The position numbers were made by a program, and so were the translations under genes. The notes under the pieces were generated by a model. That model was not told the origin of the DNA. It did not search any database and was given only the letters and a program-made list of their open reading frames with translations. Shown one piece after another: positions 34,506 to 43,958 of a stretch of 64,000 nucleotides of DNA. The first letter of the stretch is position 1; each line of letters begins with the position of its first letter. Source of the stretch: Candidatus Acidiferrales bacterium (GTDB lineage Bacteria > Acidobacteriota > Terriglobia > Acidiferrales > UBA7541); contig CAVPXU010000013.1 of NCBI GenBank assembly GCA_963709705.1, positions 97,047-161,046 on the forward strand. Reading direction: 5' to 3'.

Positions 34506-35681
34506 TCAGGTCAACCGACTAGCTCCATCGGCTGCAGAAGAGACGTAAATTTCCGGATCGCGGCCCGTTTCTCGCTTATATTCCTCGCGGACACTTTGTT
34601 TAAATTGTTCGACGTGATTCTCTTGAACCAGAGTGATGACGCAGCCTCCAAATCCACCGCCGGTCATGCGCGCGCCATACACACCTTCTTTGTGTTCCGC
34701 CAGTTGAACCATCAAGTCCAGTTCCTTGCAACTCACTTCAAAATCGTCGCGCAGGCTTGCATGCGAGCTGGCCATTAATCTGCCGAACAATTGCAGATTG
34801 TGGGCTTGCAAGGCTTCGGCGGCCTGAAGAACACGCACATTTTCGCTGAGGATATGGTGGCAACGCTTACGGATCAGCTCGGGCAGCTCACCGCCCCATT
34901 TTTCGTAGTCTTCCATGGTTACGTCGCGCAAAGTTCTTACGCCTGGCACGCGCTCCGCAAAAAAACGCGCGGCGGTTTCGCACTCGGCCCGGCGTTCGTT
35001 GTATTCACCGTCGGCATGATTGTGGCGGACCATGGTGTTGCAAATGACGAGCCGCGTGTCCGGCGGGATCGGAAGAAGGCGATATTCGAGAGTACGGCAA
35101 TCGAGCCTTAGCGCATGATCCTTCTTGCCGTTCACGGAAATGAACTGGTCCATGATTCCGCAGCGCGCGCCGATGAAGTCGTTTTCGGCTTGCTGGCAAA
35201 GTTGCGCGACGATCACAGGCTCCAGTTGCTCGCCAGAAGCTTCCAAAAAAGCTTTGCACACGGCCACTTCGAGGGAGGCGGAAGAACTGAGTCCCGCGCC
35301 TTGCGGAACATTGCCATTCAGAAGGAGATTCGCGCCCGGCACGCTGCCAATCCTGGTTTGCAGGAGCTGAACGACGCCAACAACGTAATCGCTCCAGTGA
35401 CCTCGAGGCGCCTTCGCCAGTTTGTCCAGATCATATTCGACGCGCTCGGCGTAATTTTCAGAAGTGACTACGAGGAAACGGTCCGGTCTCTTCGCGATCG
35501 CGATCCTGGTTTGAAAGCCGATTGCGACTGGAAAAACGAATCCTTCGTTGTAGTCGGTATGTTCTCCAATGAGATTCACGCGGCCCGGAGCCTGCACGAG
35601 CAGCGGCGTGCCCCCGTAGAGCCTGGTGAATCTTTCCGCCAGCCCGGCTGATTCGCGTTCGACGATGGCTTTGTCGTTCAT
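34506..35681 (-). CDS. galK: Galactokinase
   Basis: APGRVNLIGEHTDYN, GAGLSSSA, CGIMDQ, YNERR, SLRDDFEVS and GARMTGGGFGG motifs. Confidence 0.97.
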   Translation of the reverse strand: MNDKAIVERESAGLAERFTRLYGGTPLLVQAPGRVNLIGEHTDYNEGFVFPVAIGFQTRIAIAKRPDRFLVVTSENYAERVEYDLDKLAKAPRGHWSDYVVGVVQLLQTRIGSVPGANLLLNGNVPQGAGLSSSASLEVAVCKAFLEASGEQLEPVIVAQLCQQAENDFIGARCGIMDQFISVNGKKDHALRLDCRTLEYRLLPIPPDTRLVICNTMVRHNHADGEYNERRAECETAARFFAERVPGVRTLRDVTMEDYEKWGGELPELIRKRCHHILSENVRVLQAAEALQAHNLQLFGRLMASSHASLRDDFEVSCKELDLMVQLAEHKEGVYGARMTGGGFGGCVITLVQENHVEQFKQSVREEYKRETGRDPEIYVSSAADGASRLT

Positions 35682-35940
35682 TGGCCAGGATTACTTAGAC
35701 AACGTAAAGGCGCATTCAGGGTACATGGCATACGACCGTGCGTGACAGTCCCCTTAATAGCGGAAATTTTCCTCCGGGGCAAGTTGGCCTGTCCGCGGCC
35801 AGCTAAATATTTGAAATTGCTTGGCAATTGTTTTTCAGGATTCGTGAGCTTCCGGCCGGGCATTGACAGACCTGTTAGTCTTTTCGGAGTAGCTCTCGTT
35901 TCGTTGTGTGCGGCACTACTTCGGGTCGAGAAGGAGAATC

Positions 35941-38265
35941 ATGGACCGACGCGACTTCATAAAAACTACCGGAACAGTTCTCGCGGGAACGACTTTCGCT
36001 CATCGTGCCTTTGCTGAATCGTCACTGCAATCAGGGGCTTCTTCGTCGAGCGGGCGGATGATCCTGCCTATCAATCGAAACTGGCGATATAACTGGTCAT
36101 TTGTTGCAGGGGCGCACGACCTCCATTTTGACGACTCCTCCTTTGACCGAGTTGTGGTCCCACACACAAACGTGAAATTGCCGTGGCACAGCTTTGATGA
36201 GAAGAGCTATGAATTCGTTTCCATTTATCGCCGCAGCTTCAAGCTTCCTGCGGAGGCGAGTGGGCGGCGTGTGTTTGTCGATTTCGAAGGCGTGATGACG
36301 GCGTCTACCGTATGGATCAACGGCGTGCGGCTTGGCGAATATAAAGGCGGGTACACTCCTTTTTCGTTTGAATTGACGGAGCATGTTGATTTTGGAGGCG
36401 AGAACTTGCTGGCTGTCGACGTGGATTCCACCGAACGTCCGGACATTCCGCCTTTTGGGTATGAGATTGACTATTTGACCTTTGGCGGCATTTATCGCGA
36501 GGTTGCTCTCCGGATTGTTCCCGCTACGTTCATCGAAAATATTTTTGCCAAGCCCAAGGATGTGTTGAGCGCGAATCCCCGGGTGGAAGTGGACTGCTAC
36601 ATCCAGCAAATGGAGGACCGGCGCGAACCGGTGATGCTTGAAGTGGAATTGCGCGACGGGGAACGGGTGGTTGCCAAAAAGAGCGCACAGGTGCCTGCGT
36701 CGGCGGCAACCAAGGAAGCTCTGGCACATTCTTTGGTGCTGGAAAATCTGGGCCCGATCAAATTGTGGGAATTGGGCAGCCCCAGTCTTTATACCGTTCA
36801 CGTGCGGCTTTCGGGAGGTGCGGAAGTAATCGATCAGGACTCGCGAAGGATCGGTTTTCGCGAGGCGCAATTCACCGACCATGGGTTTGAGTTGAACGGT
36901 AAGGTAATCAAGCTGCGGGGCCTCGATCGTCACCAGACTTTCCCGTTTGTTGGGCAGGCGATGCCGCGGCGGGCTCAGCGGCGCGACGCGCAAATCCTGC
37001 GCCAGAAACTGAAATGCAATATCGTGCGCACGTCACACTACCCGCAGTCGCGGCACTTTCTGGATGCGTGCGACGAAATGGGCTTGCTGGTTCTGGAGGA
37101 AATTCCTGGATGGCAGCACATCGGGGATGAGGCCTGGAAATTAATTTCCATCGACAACGTGAGCCGAATGATCCGGCGCGACTGGAATCACCCGAGCATT
37201 ATTCTTTGGGGCGTGAGGATCAATGAATCCAAAGACGATCATGATTTTTACACGCGCACGAATGCTGTGGCCCACGAGCTCGATCCCACGCGCCAGACCG
37301 GGGGCATCCGCTATTTCCAGGAATCGGAATTCCTGGAAGACGTTTTTACAATGAACGATTTCGGCTGGCCGCTGAAGCCGCCTAACCATCCGCGGTACCT
37401 GAACACGGAGTTCGTGGGGCATACGTATCCGACAAAGACGATCGATGACAAAGAACGACTGGTAGAGCACACCATCCGGCACGCACGCGTGCACGATCAG
37501 CTTGCTTCCAACCCGCAATATGCCGGCGGGATTGGCTGGTGCGCGTTCGACTACAACACGCACGCCGATTTCGGTTCCGGCGATCGGATCTGCTATCACG
37601 GAGTCACGGACATATTCCGCGAGCCGAAGCCCGCGGCGGGATTCTATAAATCGCAGTGCGATCCCGCGGACGAGATTGTTCTGGAACCAGCGTTCCACTG
37701 GGCCCGGGGAGACGAGTCGATCGGATTCACGAAGGCTTTGGTTTGCTCTAATTGCGACCACTTGAAATTTTATCTCGGTGACAAGCTGGTGGCGGAGGCC
37801 GATCCGGACAAGGCGCAGTTTCCCCACCTGCGGTATGCGCCGTTCACCACCGATTTGGGGAAGGTGGTGCGTGGTTGGGGAGACTTGCGGATCGAGGGAT
37901 ACATTCAAGGCAAGCAGGTGATCGCCAAGACTCTATCTGGAAAAGGAATCGATCAGAAATTTGAATTGTTGCCGGATGACACGAATCTGGTGGCCGACGG
38001 AGCGGATACAACGCGGGTGGTGCTTCGTGTGACCGACGAATATGGCGCTATCCGGCCATTCGCGAATGACGCGATAAAGCTGGAACTCGATGGACCGGCG
38101 GAAATCATCGGGGACAATCCGTTTGCGCTGATTGGGGGCACCGGCGCTATTTGGGTGCGCGCGAAAGAGCAAGCGGGAACTGTGCGATTGACGGCGGTGC
38201 ATCCGGTGCTTGGGACTCAGCGCGTGCAGATTGAGCTGATGGCGGCTGCACCGGAAACGGTTTAA
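35941..38265 (+). CDS. Glycoside hydrolase family 2 (beta-galactosidase-like), Tat-exported
   Basis: AAGGAG RBS, MDRRDFIK, FEGVMT, GGYTPF, GGIYR, RTSHYP, WGVRINE (acid/base) and NTEF (nucleophile) motifs. Confidence 0.93.
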   Translation: MDRRDFIKTTGTVLAGTTFAHRAFAESSLQSGASSSSGRMILPINRNWRYNWSFVAGAHDLHFDDSSFDRVVVPHTNVKLPWHSFDEKSYEFVSIYRRSFKLPAEASGRRVFVDFEGVMTASTVWINGVRLGEYKGGYTPFSFELTEHVDFGGENLLAVDVDSTERPDIPPFGYEIDYLTFGGIYREVALRIVPATFIENIFAKPKDVLSANPRVEVDCYIQQMEDRREPVMLEVELRDGERVVAKKSAQVPASAATKEALAHSLVLENLGPIKLWELGSPSLYTVHVRLSGGAEVIDQDSRRIGFREAQFTDHGFELNGKVIKLRGLDRHQTFPFVGQAMPRRAQRRDAQILRQKLKCNIVRTSHYPQSRHFLDACDEMGLLVLEEIPGWQHIGDEAWKLISIDNVSRMIRRDWNHPSIILWGVRINESKDDHDFYTRTNAVAHELDPTRQTGGIRYFQESEFLEDVFTMNDFGWPLKPPNHPRYLNTEFVGHTYPTKTIDDKERLVEHTIRHARVHDQLASNPQYAGGIGWCAFDYNTHADFGSGDRICYHGVTDIFREPKPAAGFYKSQCDPADEIVLEPAFHWARGDESIGFTKALVCSNCDHLKFYLGDKLVAEADPDKAQFPHLRYAPFTTDLGKVVRGWGDLRIEGYIQGKQVIAKTLSGKGIDQKFELLPDDTNLVADGADTTRVVLRVTDEYGAIRPFANDAIKLELDGPAEIIGDNPFALIGGTGAIWVRAKEQAGTVRLTAVHPVLGTQRVQIELMAAAPETV

Positions 38266-38293
38266 GAGGAAAGCAAAAGTGAAAGGAGTTCCC

Positions 38294-40261
38294 GTGAACA
38301 AGTTGCTGCGGAAGTCCGCGTGGATGGCGATTTTCCTGTGTTTGCTGGCGACGGTTGCGAGCGCGCAAGCCAGTTATGACCTGCGTTCCCCCGACAAAAG
38401 AATTGAACTCCGAATCCGAACGGCGCAAGGTGTGCGCTATGACGTAGTGTTGAACGGAAGAGCGATCCTGCAGGACAGCGGACTTTCGCTGGATGTGGAC
38501 CATAAGATTCTTGGCCGCGAAGTGAAGGTTACGGACGCGAAGGAAACTCATCACGATCAGGTTGTGGAACCCGTGGTGCGGCAGAAATTCGCTAAGATTC
38601 GCGACAACTACAACGAACTGCGCCTTACGATGGACGGCAACTATGCTGTCGCTTTTCGCGCGTACAACGAGGGCGTTGCTTACCGATTCGAGACTTCGCT
38701 GCCCGACAGGCAGGTGAAAATTTACAGCGAGGAGGCGAATTTTCGTTTCCCTGCGAACTTCGTCGTATTTTATCCGCAGGAAGACAGCTTTTTTTCGCAC
38801 AACGAACGCAAATACCTGCCGCAGCATTTGCTGGCTATCAATCCGGCGTTTCTGGCCAGTTTGCCGGCAGTGGTGGATGTGGGAGAAGGAGCGAAAGTGG
38901 CCATTGCGGAATCGGATGTGGCGGAATACCCGGGACTCTGGTTGCGCGGCACCGGTGGAAATGGACTTGACGGAACGTTCCCGCCCTATCCGCTGAAAGA
39001 GAAGCTTGTACGCGATCGCGATTTCCAAGTTGTGGAAAGCGCCGATTACATCGCGGCGACGACGGGGAAGCGGACGTTTCCGTGGCGCGTGCTTGGCATT
39101 GTGGATCGGGACGCCGACCTGATTACAAATCCATTGGTGTACCTGCTGGAGAGTCCATCGAAAGTGCAGGACACCAGTTGGATCAAGCCTGGAAAAGTTT
39201 CCTGGGATTGGTGGAACGACAACAACGTTTACGGTGTCGATTTCAAGGCGGGCATCAACACGGAAACATACAAGTACTACATCGATTTCGCGGCGAAATA
39301 TGGCATCCCGTACATCATTCTGGACGAGGGCTGGTACAAACTCGGCAACGTGCTCGACGTAGTCCCGGAAATCAACATGGAGAAATTGACGGCGTACGCA
39401 AAAGAGAAAAACGTCGGCGTGATTTTGTGGGTAGTTTGGAAAACGTTGGACGACCAGCTGATACCGGCGTTGGATCAATACCAGAAGTGGGGCATCAAGG
39501 GAATCAAAGTGGACTTCATGCAGCGCAGCGACGAAATTCTGATCAACTACTACCACCGGGTCAGCAGCGAAACGGCGAAACGTCACATGCTGGTGGATTT
39601 TCATGGCGACCAAAAGCCAGCAACGATGACGCGCACCTGGCCGAACCTGATCAGCACGGAAGGCGTTCGCGGCCTGGAGTGGAGCAAGTGGAGTGCGGAA
39701 GCGGAGCCAGAGCACAACGTTACGCTACCGTTTACGCGGATGTTTCTCGGTCCGATGGACTACACGCCGGGCGCGATGCTGAATGCGACGAAGGCCAGCT
39801 TCGCGCCGATTATGCACCGCCCGATGGCGCTCGGCACGCGCTGCCATCAATTGGCGATGTACGTGGTGTACGAAAGCCCGCTGCAGATGCTTGCGGATAG
39901 CCCATCGAACTATTTGCGCGAACCGGAAGCGATGGAATTCCTTGCGGCGGTGCCGACGGAGTGGGACGAATCAAAGGCGCTGGATGGGAAGATCGCGGAA
40001 TATGTTGCAGTGGCGCGCAGAAATGGATCGGACTGGTATGTGGGAGCGATGAATAACTGGACAGCGCGCGAATTGGAGATTGACTTTTCGTTTTTGCCGG
40101 AAGGCCATTTTGAGATGAGCGCTTATCAAGATGGAGAGAACGCGGACCGGTTGGGAAGCGACTACAAATTGGTGAAGATGCCGGTAACGCGGATGACGAA
40201 GTTGAAAATCAAGTTAGCGCCTGGTGGCGGATGGGCGGCGCGCATTCAGCCGATGAAGTGA
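38294..40261 (+). CDS. Glycoside hydrolase family 97 (retaining-type motif)
   Basis: AAGGAG RBS before GTG 38294, SWIKPGK, YIDFAA, LDEGW, GIKVDFM, EGVRGLE, GPMDYTPG and HQLAMYVVYESPLQML motifs. Confidence 0.93.
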   Translation: MNKLLRKSAWMAIFLCLLATVASAQASYDLRSPDKRIELRIRTAQGVRYDVVLNGRAILQDSGLSLDVDHKILGREVKVTDAKETHHDQVVEPVVRQKFAKIRDNYNELRLTMDGNYAVAFRAYNEGVAYRFETSLPDRQVKIYSEEANFRFPANFVVFYPQEDSFFSHNERKYLPQHLLAINPAFLASLPAVVDVGEGAKVAIAESDVAEYPGLWLRGTGGNGLDGTFPPYPLKEKLVRDRDFQVVESADYIAATTGKRTFPWRVLGIVDRDADLITNPLVYLLESPSKVQDTSWIKPGKVSWDWWNDNNVYGVDFKAGINTETYKYYIDFAAKYGIPYIILDEGWYKLGNVLDVVPEINMEKLTAYAKEKNVGVILWVVWKTLDDQLIPALDQYQKWGIKGIKVDFMQRSDEILINYYHRVSSETAKRHMLVDFHGDQKPATMTRTWPNLISTEGVRGLEWSKWSAEAEPEHNVTLPFTRMFLGPMDYTPGAMLNATKASFAPIMHRPMALGTRCHQLAMYVVYESPLQMLADSPSNYLREPEAMEFLAAVPTEWDESKALDGKIAEYVAVARRNGSDWYVGAMNNWTARELEIDFSFLPEGHFEMSAYQDGENADRLGSDYKLVKMPVTRMTKLKIKLAPGGGWAARIQPMK

Positions 40262-40298
40262 GGATGGCTGGTGTAGAGCGTCAGTACGCGGGACGCGC

Positions 40299-42092
40299 CT
40301 ATTTCGATTGCGGTTTACTGGAAGCAACGATGCCGCTGCCTTCGCGTATGGTGAGTATCTGGTTGGCTTTGACTTGTGTGAATCGTTCCACTTTTTGAGT
40401 TGTGGGCCACTTCACTTCGATTGCGTCCACCACTTGCGCCTTGCCTAAACCGAAGTGCAGCCGCAGATCGGATTGTGACATCACGCTTGCGCCGCTGTGA
40501 ACTTCATCCATTTGGCTGTGAGTGCCGGTGATTACACGGACGCGCACGCCGATCGCCGTGCGGTTGCAGTGTGTTCCGATTAGTTTCAACTTGATCCAGT
40601 TTTGAGCGTTGCCACCGTCGTTGCGCAACAAGGAGGGGATGTCGTTCATGTTCAAGATGAGAACGTCGATGTCGCCGTCGTTGTCGTAATCGCCGAAAGC
40701 GGCACCGCGGCTGGAAAAACGTTCGCTGATGCCAGGTCCCAACTCGGCGGAAACATCCTTGAACCTGCCATCGCCGAGATTTTTATATACGAGACGAGGA
40801 TTCTTGAAGGTCTGGGCAAAGCTATGCTCCTCGATTTCCGGGTAGACATGCCCATTGACCTGCAGGATATCGGGCCAGCCATCATTGTCGTAATCGAGGA
40901 AGCCGCACCCCCAAGCGACATACTGGTTGTTGATGCCGACGCCGGATGAGAAGGCCTGGTCGGTGAAAGTACCGTCGCCGTTGTTGCGATAAAGATTGCA
41001 GGTGTCGTCGGAAAAGTTGGTTTTGAAAATATCGAACCAGCCGTCGCAATCATAATCACCGACAGCCACGCCCATGCCGGCTTGTTCATGACCGTTTTCG
41101 TTGAAGGCACAACCGGCGAGGACGGCCATATCCGTGAACGTGCCGTCGTGGTTGTTGTGAAACAGGATGCTCGGTTCGGAGTCGACAGCCACGTAAATGT
41201 CCGGCCAGCCATCGTTATCGAAATCATAAGAAACCGCAGTGATGGAATAGCGCGGGCCGGGCTTGAGGATGCCGGCTTTTTCGGTGACGTCCGTAAATGT
41301 TCCGTCGCCGTTATTGTGGAAGAGAAGATTCGTGTCGCCCGCGAGGCCGCGCGGGCCGCACATGACGGGGATTCCTTTCCATTGGCAGTAGGCGGCGTCT
41401 CCCGGATTGGCCGTGGTTGCAGGATCGAGCTTGATGTAATTGCAGACGAATAAATCCAGATGGCCGTCGCGATCGTAGTCGAGCCATGTGCAGCCGGAGC
41501 CCCAGCGAACCGCTTCGCCGAGAAGGCTTGCCTTCTGTGTCACATCCGTAAATGTCCCATCGCCATTGTTGTGGAACAGGATGTTGTGTCCCCAAAAGCA
41601 GCAAAAGAGATCGTCGTGGCCGTCGTTGTCATAATCGCCGACACAAACACCGGTCTGCCAACCGGTGCGGCCGAGTCCGGATTTTTCGGTCACGTCGGTG
41701 AACGTGCCGTCACGATTGTTTTTGTAGAGGTGTGAAGTTGGAGCGGCGCCAGTAGGCCACTTGGTGTTCAGCCGCGTTCCATTCGTCAGGTAGATATCCA
41801 GCCAACCGTCGCCGTCGTAATCGAAAAAGGCAAGGCCGCTGCCTTTTGCTTCAATGATGAGGCGCTTGTGGTCCAAGCCGCCCCAAACATTGGGGGCGGT
41901 GAGGCCGGCTTCGCGAGCTACATCCACGAAAGTGACCGGCGAAGTGGCGGCCGCGTGGGGAATTGTCTTGGCTTGAAGAATTGCGGCACGGTTCCATTTC
42001 CAGATGGGCGTGGTGAGGGCGTCAAGGAGAGTTGCGCCGAGTGCGACAGCAGAGGAACCAAGGAACCGCCGGCGGCCGGATCGCATTGTCAT
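40299..42092 (-). CDS. CRTAC1-family protein (FG-GAP/VCBS repeats + ASPIC/UnbV), Tat signal
   Basis: Start ATG 42092 overlaps the upstream stop (ATGA). GRRRFL motif, repeated DYDxDGxxD and LYxNNxDGTFTDVT, C-terminal SQSDLRLHFGLG...IEVKWP. Confidence 0.92.
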   Translation of the reverse strand: MTMRSGRRRFLGSSAVALGATLLDALTTPIWKWNRAAILQAKTIPHAAATSPVTFVDVAREAGLTAPNVWGGLDHKRLIIEAKGSGLAFFDYDGDGWLDIYLTNGTRLNTKWPTGAAPTSHLYKNNRDGTFTDVTEKSGLGRTGWQTGVCVGDYDNDGHDDLFCCFWGHNILFHNNGDGTFTDVTQKASLLGEAVRWGSGCTWLDYDRDGHLDLFVCNYIKLDPATTANPGDAAYCQWKGIPVMCGPRGLAGDTNLLFHNNGDGTFTDVTEKAGILKPGPRYSITAVSYDFDNDGWPDIYVAVDSEPSILFHNNHDGTFTDMAVLAGCAFNENGHEQAGMGVAVGDYDCDGWFDIFKTNFSDDTCNLYRNNGDGTFTDQAFSSGVGINNQYVAWGCGFLDYDNDGWPDILQVNGHVYPEIEEHSFAQTFKNPRLVYKNLGDGRFKDVSAELGPGISERFSSRGAAFGDYDNDGDIDVLILNMNDIPSLLRNDGGNAQNWIKLKLIGTHCNRTAIGVRVRVITGTHSQMDEVHSGASVMSQSDLRLHFGLGKAQVVDAIEVKWPTTQKVERFTQVKANQILTIREGSGIVASSKPQSK

Positions 42093-43855
42093 CGACTGGG
42101 CACCCTGGGGAAGTTCTTCGGCACAATTCCCGTGCTTTCCTTTACCGCGATGATTTTGTCCGCGGGCACGTTCGTCAGGCGATCCACTTGGCCGCTTGGC
42201 CACGTAATTTCCAGCGAGTCAATTTTGGTGCGCTTCCCGAGCCCAAAGTGAATTCGAGGATCGCTAGCGGACATATAACTCGTACCGCCTTTTGCTTGCT
42301 CGACTTCGACGAAGCCTTCGGCAGTTAACTTTAACGACGCGCCGATGCCGTCGCGATTGGAGCGCGTGCCGATCAGAAAAACTTCCAGCCAATGATTGGC
42401 GTTTCCGCCGTCATTGCGGAGGAGTTCAGGATAGTCCCCGCGAACGTTAACGGCGATGTCGAGGTCCCCGTCATTATCGAAGTCCGCCGTGGCGAGACCG
42501 CGTCCGGCAATAGGTTTCATGAAATCGGGGCCCAGCGCTTCGGAGACTTTCTCAAACTGGCCTTTGCCGACATTTCGAAACATCAACAACGGCTCTTTGT
42601 AAGTGACTTCGCTGTGATACAGCTGAACGTTGTCTACCATTGCGCCGTTTGCCTGCAAAATATCCGGCCAGCCATCGTTATCGTAATCCATGAACTTCAT
42701 GGCAACGCCGCTGAGCTGCATGACTTTGTTCCCGATGCCGGAGTCGTAGGTGACATCATTGAAGGTCCCATTGTGATTGTTGTGATAGAGGCGGTTCAGT
42801 TCGAAATCCAGATGCGTGATGTACACATCCTGCCAGCCGTCGCGATCCACGTCCGCCGCGTCGATGCCCATGCCCGCTTCGTACCGCCCATCTTCACTGG
42901 CGGCCAGGCCGGAAATGAGCGACACGTCTTCGAAGGTTCCGTCGTGCTTGTTTAGAAATAAAAAATTCGGCCACGTATCGTTGGCGATAGCGATGTCAGT
43001 CCAGCCGTCGTTGTTGAAGTCGGCCAACACCACGCCCATTCCTTTGGAGTCCGGTTTTCCGACACCGGAGGCGGCGCTCACATCGGTGAAGGTTCCGTCG
43101 TGATTGTTGTGAAACAGTTTCGTTTTTTGACCCTTGTAATTTCCGGGATGGCAATAGGCGCGATAACCGGGCCGATGATCGCCGCACCAGATATTGTTCT
43201 TTGGACTCCAGTCGATGTAGTTGGTGACGATCAGGTCCAGATAGCCATCCTTGTCGTAGTCAAACCATCCGGCGCTGGTGGACCAACCGCCCTGATCCGC
43301 GACGCCGGCCTTGCTGGTGACGTCGGTGAAGGTGCCGTCGCCGTTATTGTGATAAAGAATCGCGTTGCCGAATCCGGTCACATACAAATCGGGGTAGCCA
43401 TCGTTGTCGAAGTCGCCGACTGCCACGCCCTGACCGTAATGTCCTTCGCCAGCCAAGCCGGCCTTTTCGGTTACGTCGGTGAAGGTGCCGTCACCGTTGT
43501 TGTGATACAGCGCGCAACGCAAGGGGTGCGATGGTTTGTACGCATCAGTGGCAGCCGACTGCACGAAGAAAAGATCCATCAGGCCGTCCTGGTCGTAATC
43601 GAGCCAGGCGACGCCGGTACCCATGGTCTCCAGGTAGTACTTTTCTTCCGTCTGCGTGGAATCCTGCTGGAAGGTAATTCCGGAGGACTTGCGAATGTCC
43701 GTGAAGCGCACGGTGACCGGCGCATCGTTCTGCTTTTCAGGATGCTTTGCTTGCGTGTTGAGAAATATTGCGGCGCTGAGACCAATACTCAGAGGAAGAA
43801 ACGCAGAATATTTTTTTGAGGAGCTCAAGTGCCTGCCTGTCTTTTCTTCCTGCAT
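42089..43855 (-). CDS. CRTAC1-family protein (FG-GAP/VCBS repeats + ASPIC/UnbV)
   Basis: ETMGTGVAWLDYDQDG, repeated NNGDGTFTDVT, SSRG-like AGRGLATADFDNDG and SASDPRIHFGLG motifs. Confidence 0.92.
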   Translation of the reverse strand: MQEEKTGRHLSSSKKYSAFLPLSIGLSAAIFLNTQAKHPEKQNDAPVTVRFTDIRKSSGITFQQDSTQTEEKYYLETMGTGVAWLDYDQDGLMDLFFVQSAATDAYKPSHPLRCALYHNNGDGTFTDVTEKAGLAGEGHYGQGVAVGDFDNDGYPDLYVTGFGNAILYHNNGDGTFTDVTSKAGVADQGGWSTSAGWFDYDKDGYLDLIVTNYIDWSPKNNIWCGDHRPGYRAYCHPGNYKGQKTKLFHNNHDGTFTDVSAASGVGKPDSKGMGVVLADFNNDGWTDIAIANDTWPNFLFLNKHDGTFEDVSLISGLAASEDGRYEAGMGIDAADVDRDGWQDVYITHLDFELNRLYHNNHNGTFNDVTYDSGIGNKVMQLSGVAMKFMDYDNDGWPDILQANGAMVDNVQLYHSEVTYKEPLLMFRNVGKGQFEKVSEALGPDFMKPIAGRGLATADFDNDGDLDIAVNVRGDYPELLRNDGGNANHWLEVFLIGTRSNRDGIGASLKLTAEGFVEVEQAKGGTSYMSASDPRIHFGLGKRTKIDSLEITWPSGQVDRLTNVPADKIIAVKESTGIVPKNFPRVPSR

Positions 43856-43958
43856 TCCGTGCCGATTGAAAGAGCCTCACCCATCACGAAACAGGTTTTG
43901 ATTCTAGCGCCAGGCCGCAGCGGTCTCAACTCAGCGCCACTCTTCAGTCTTCAGCGCG

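Noticed and set aside
35863-35895. TTGACA upstream of GH2 as a sigma70 promoter
   Set aside because: No acceptable -10 hexamer at 16-18 bp spacing.
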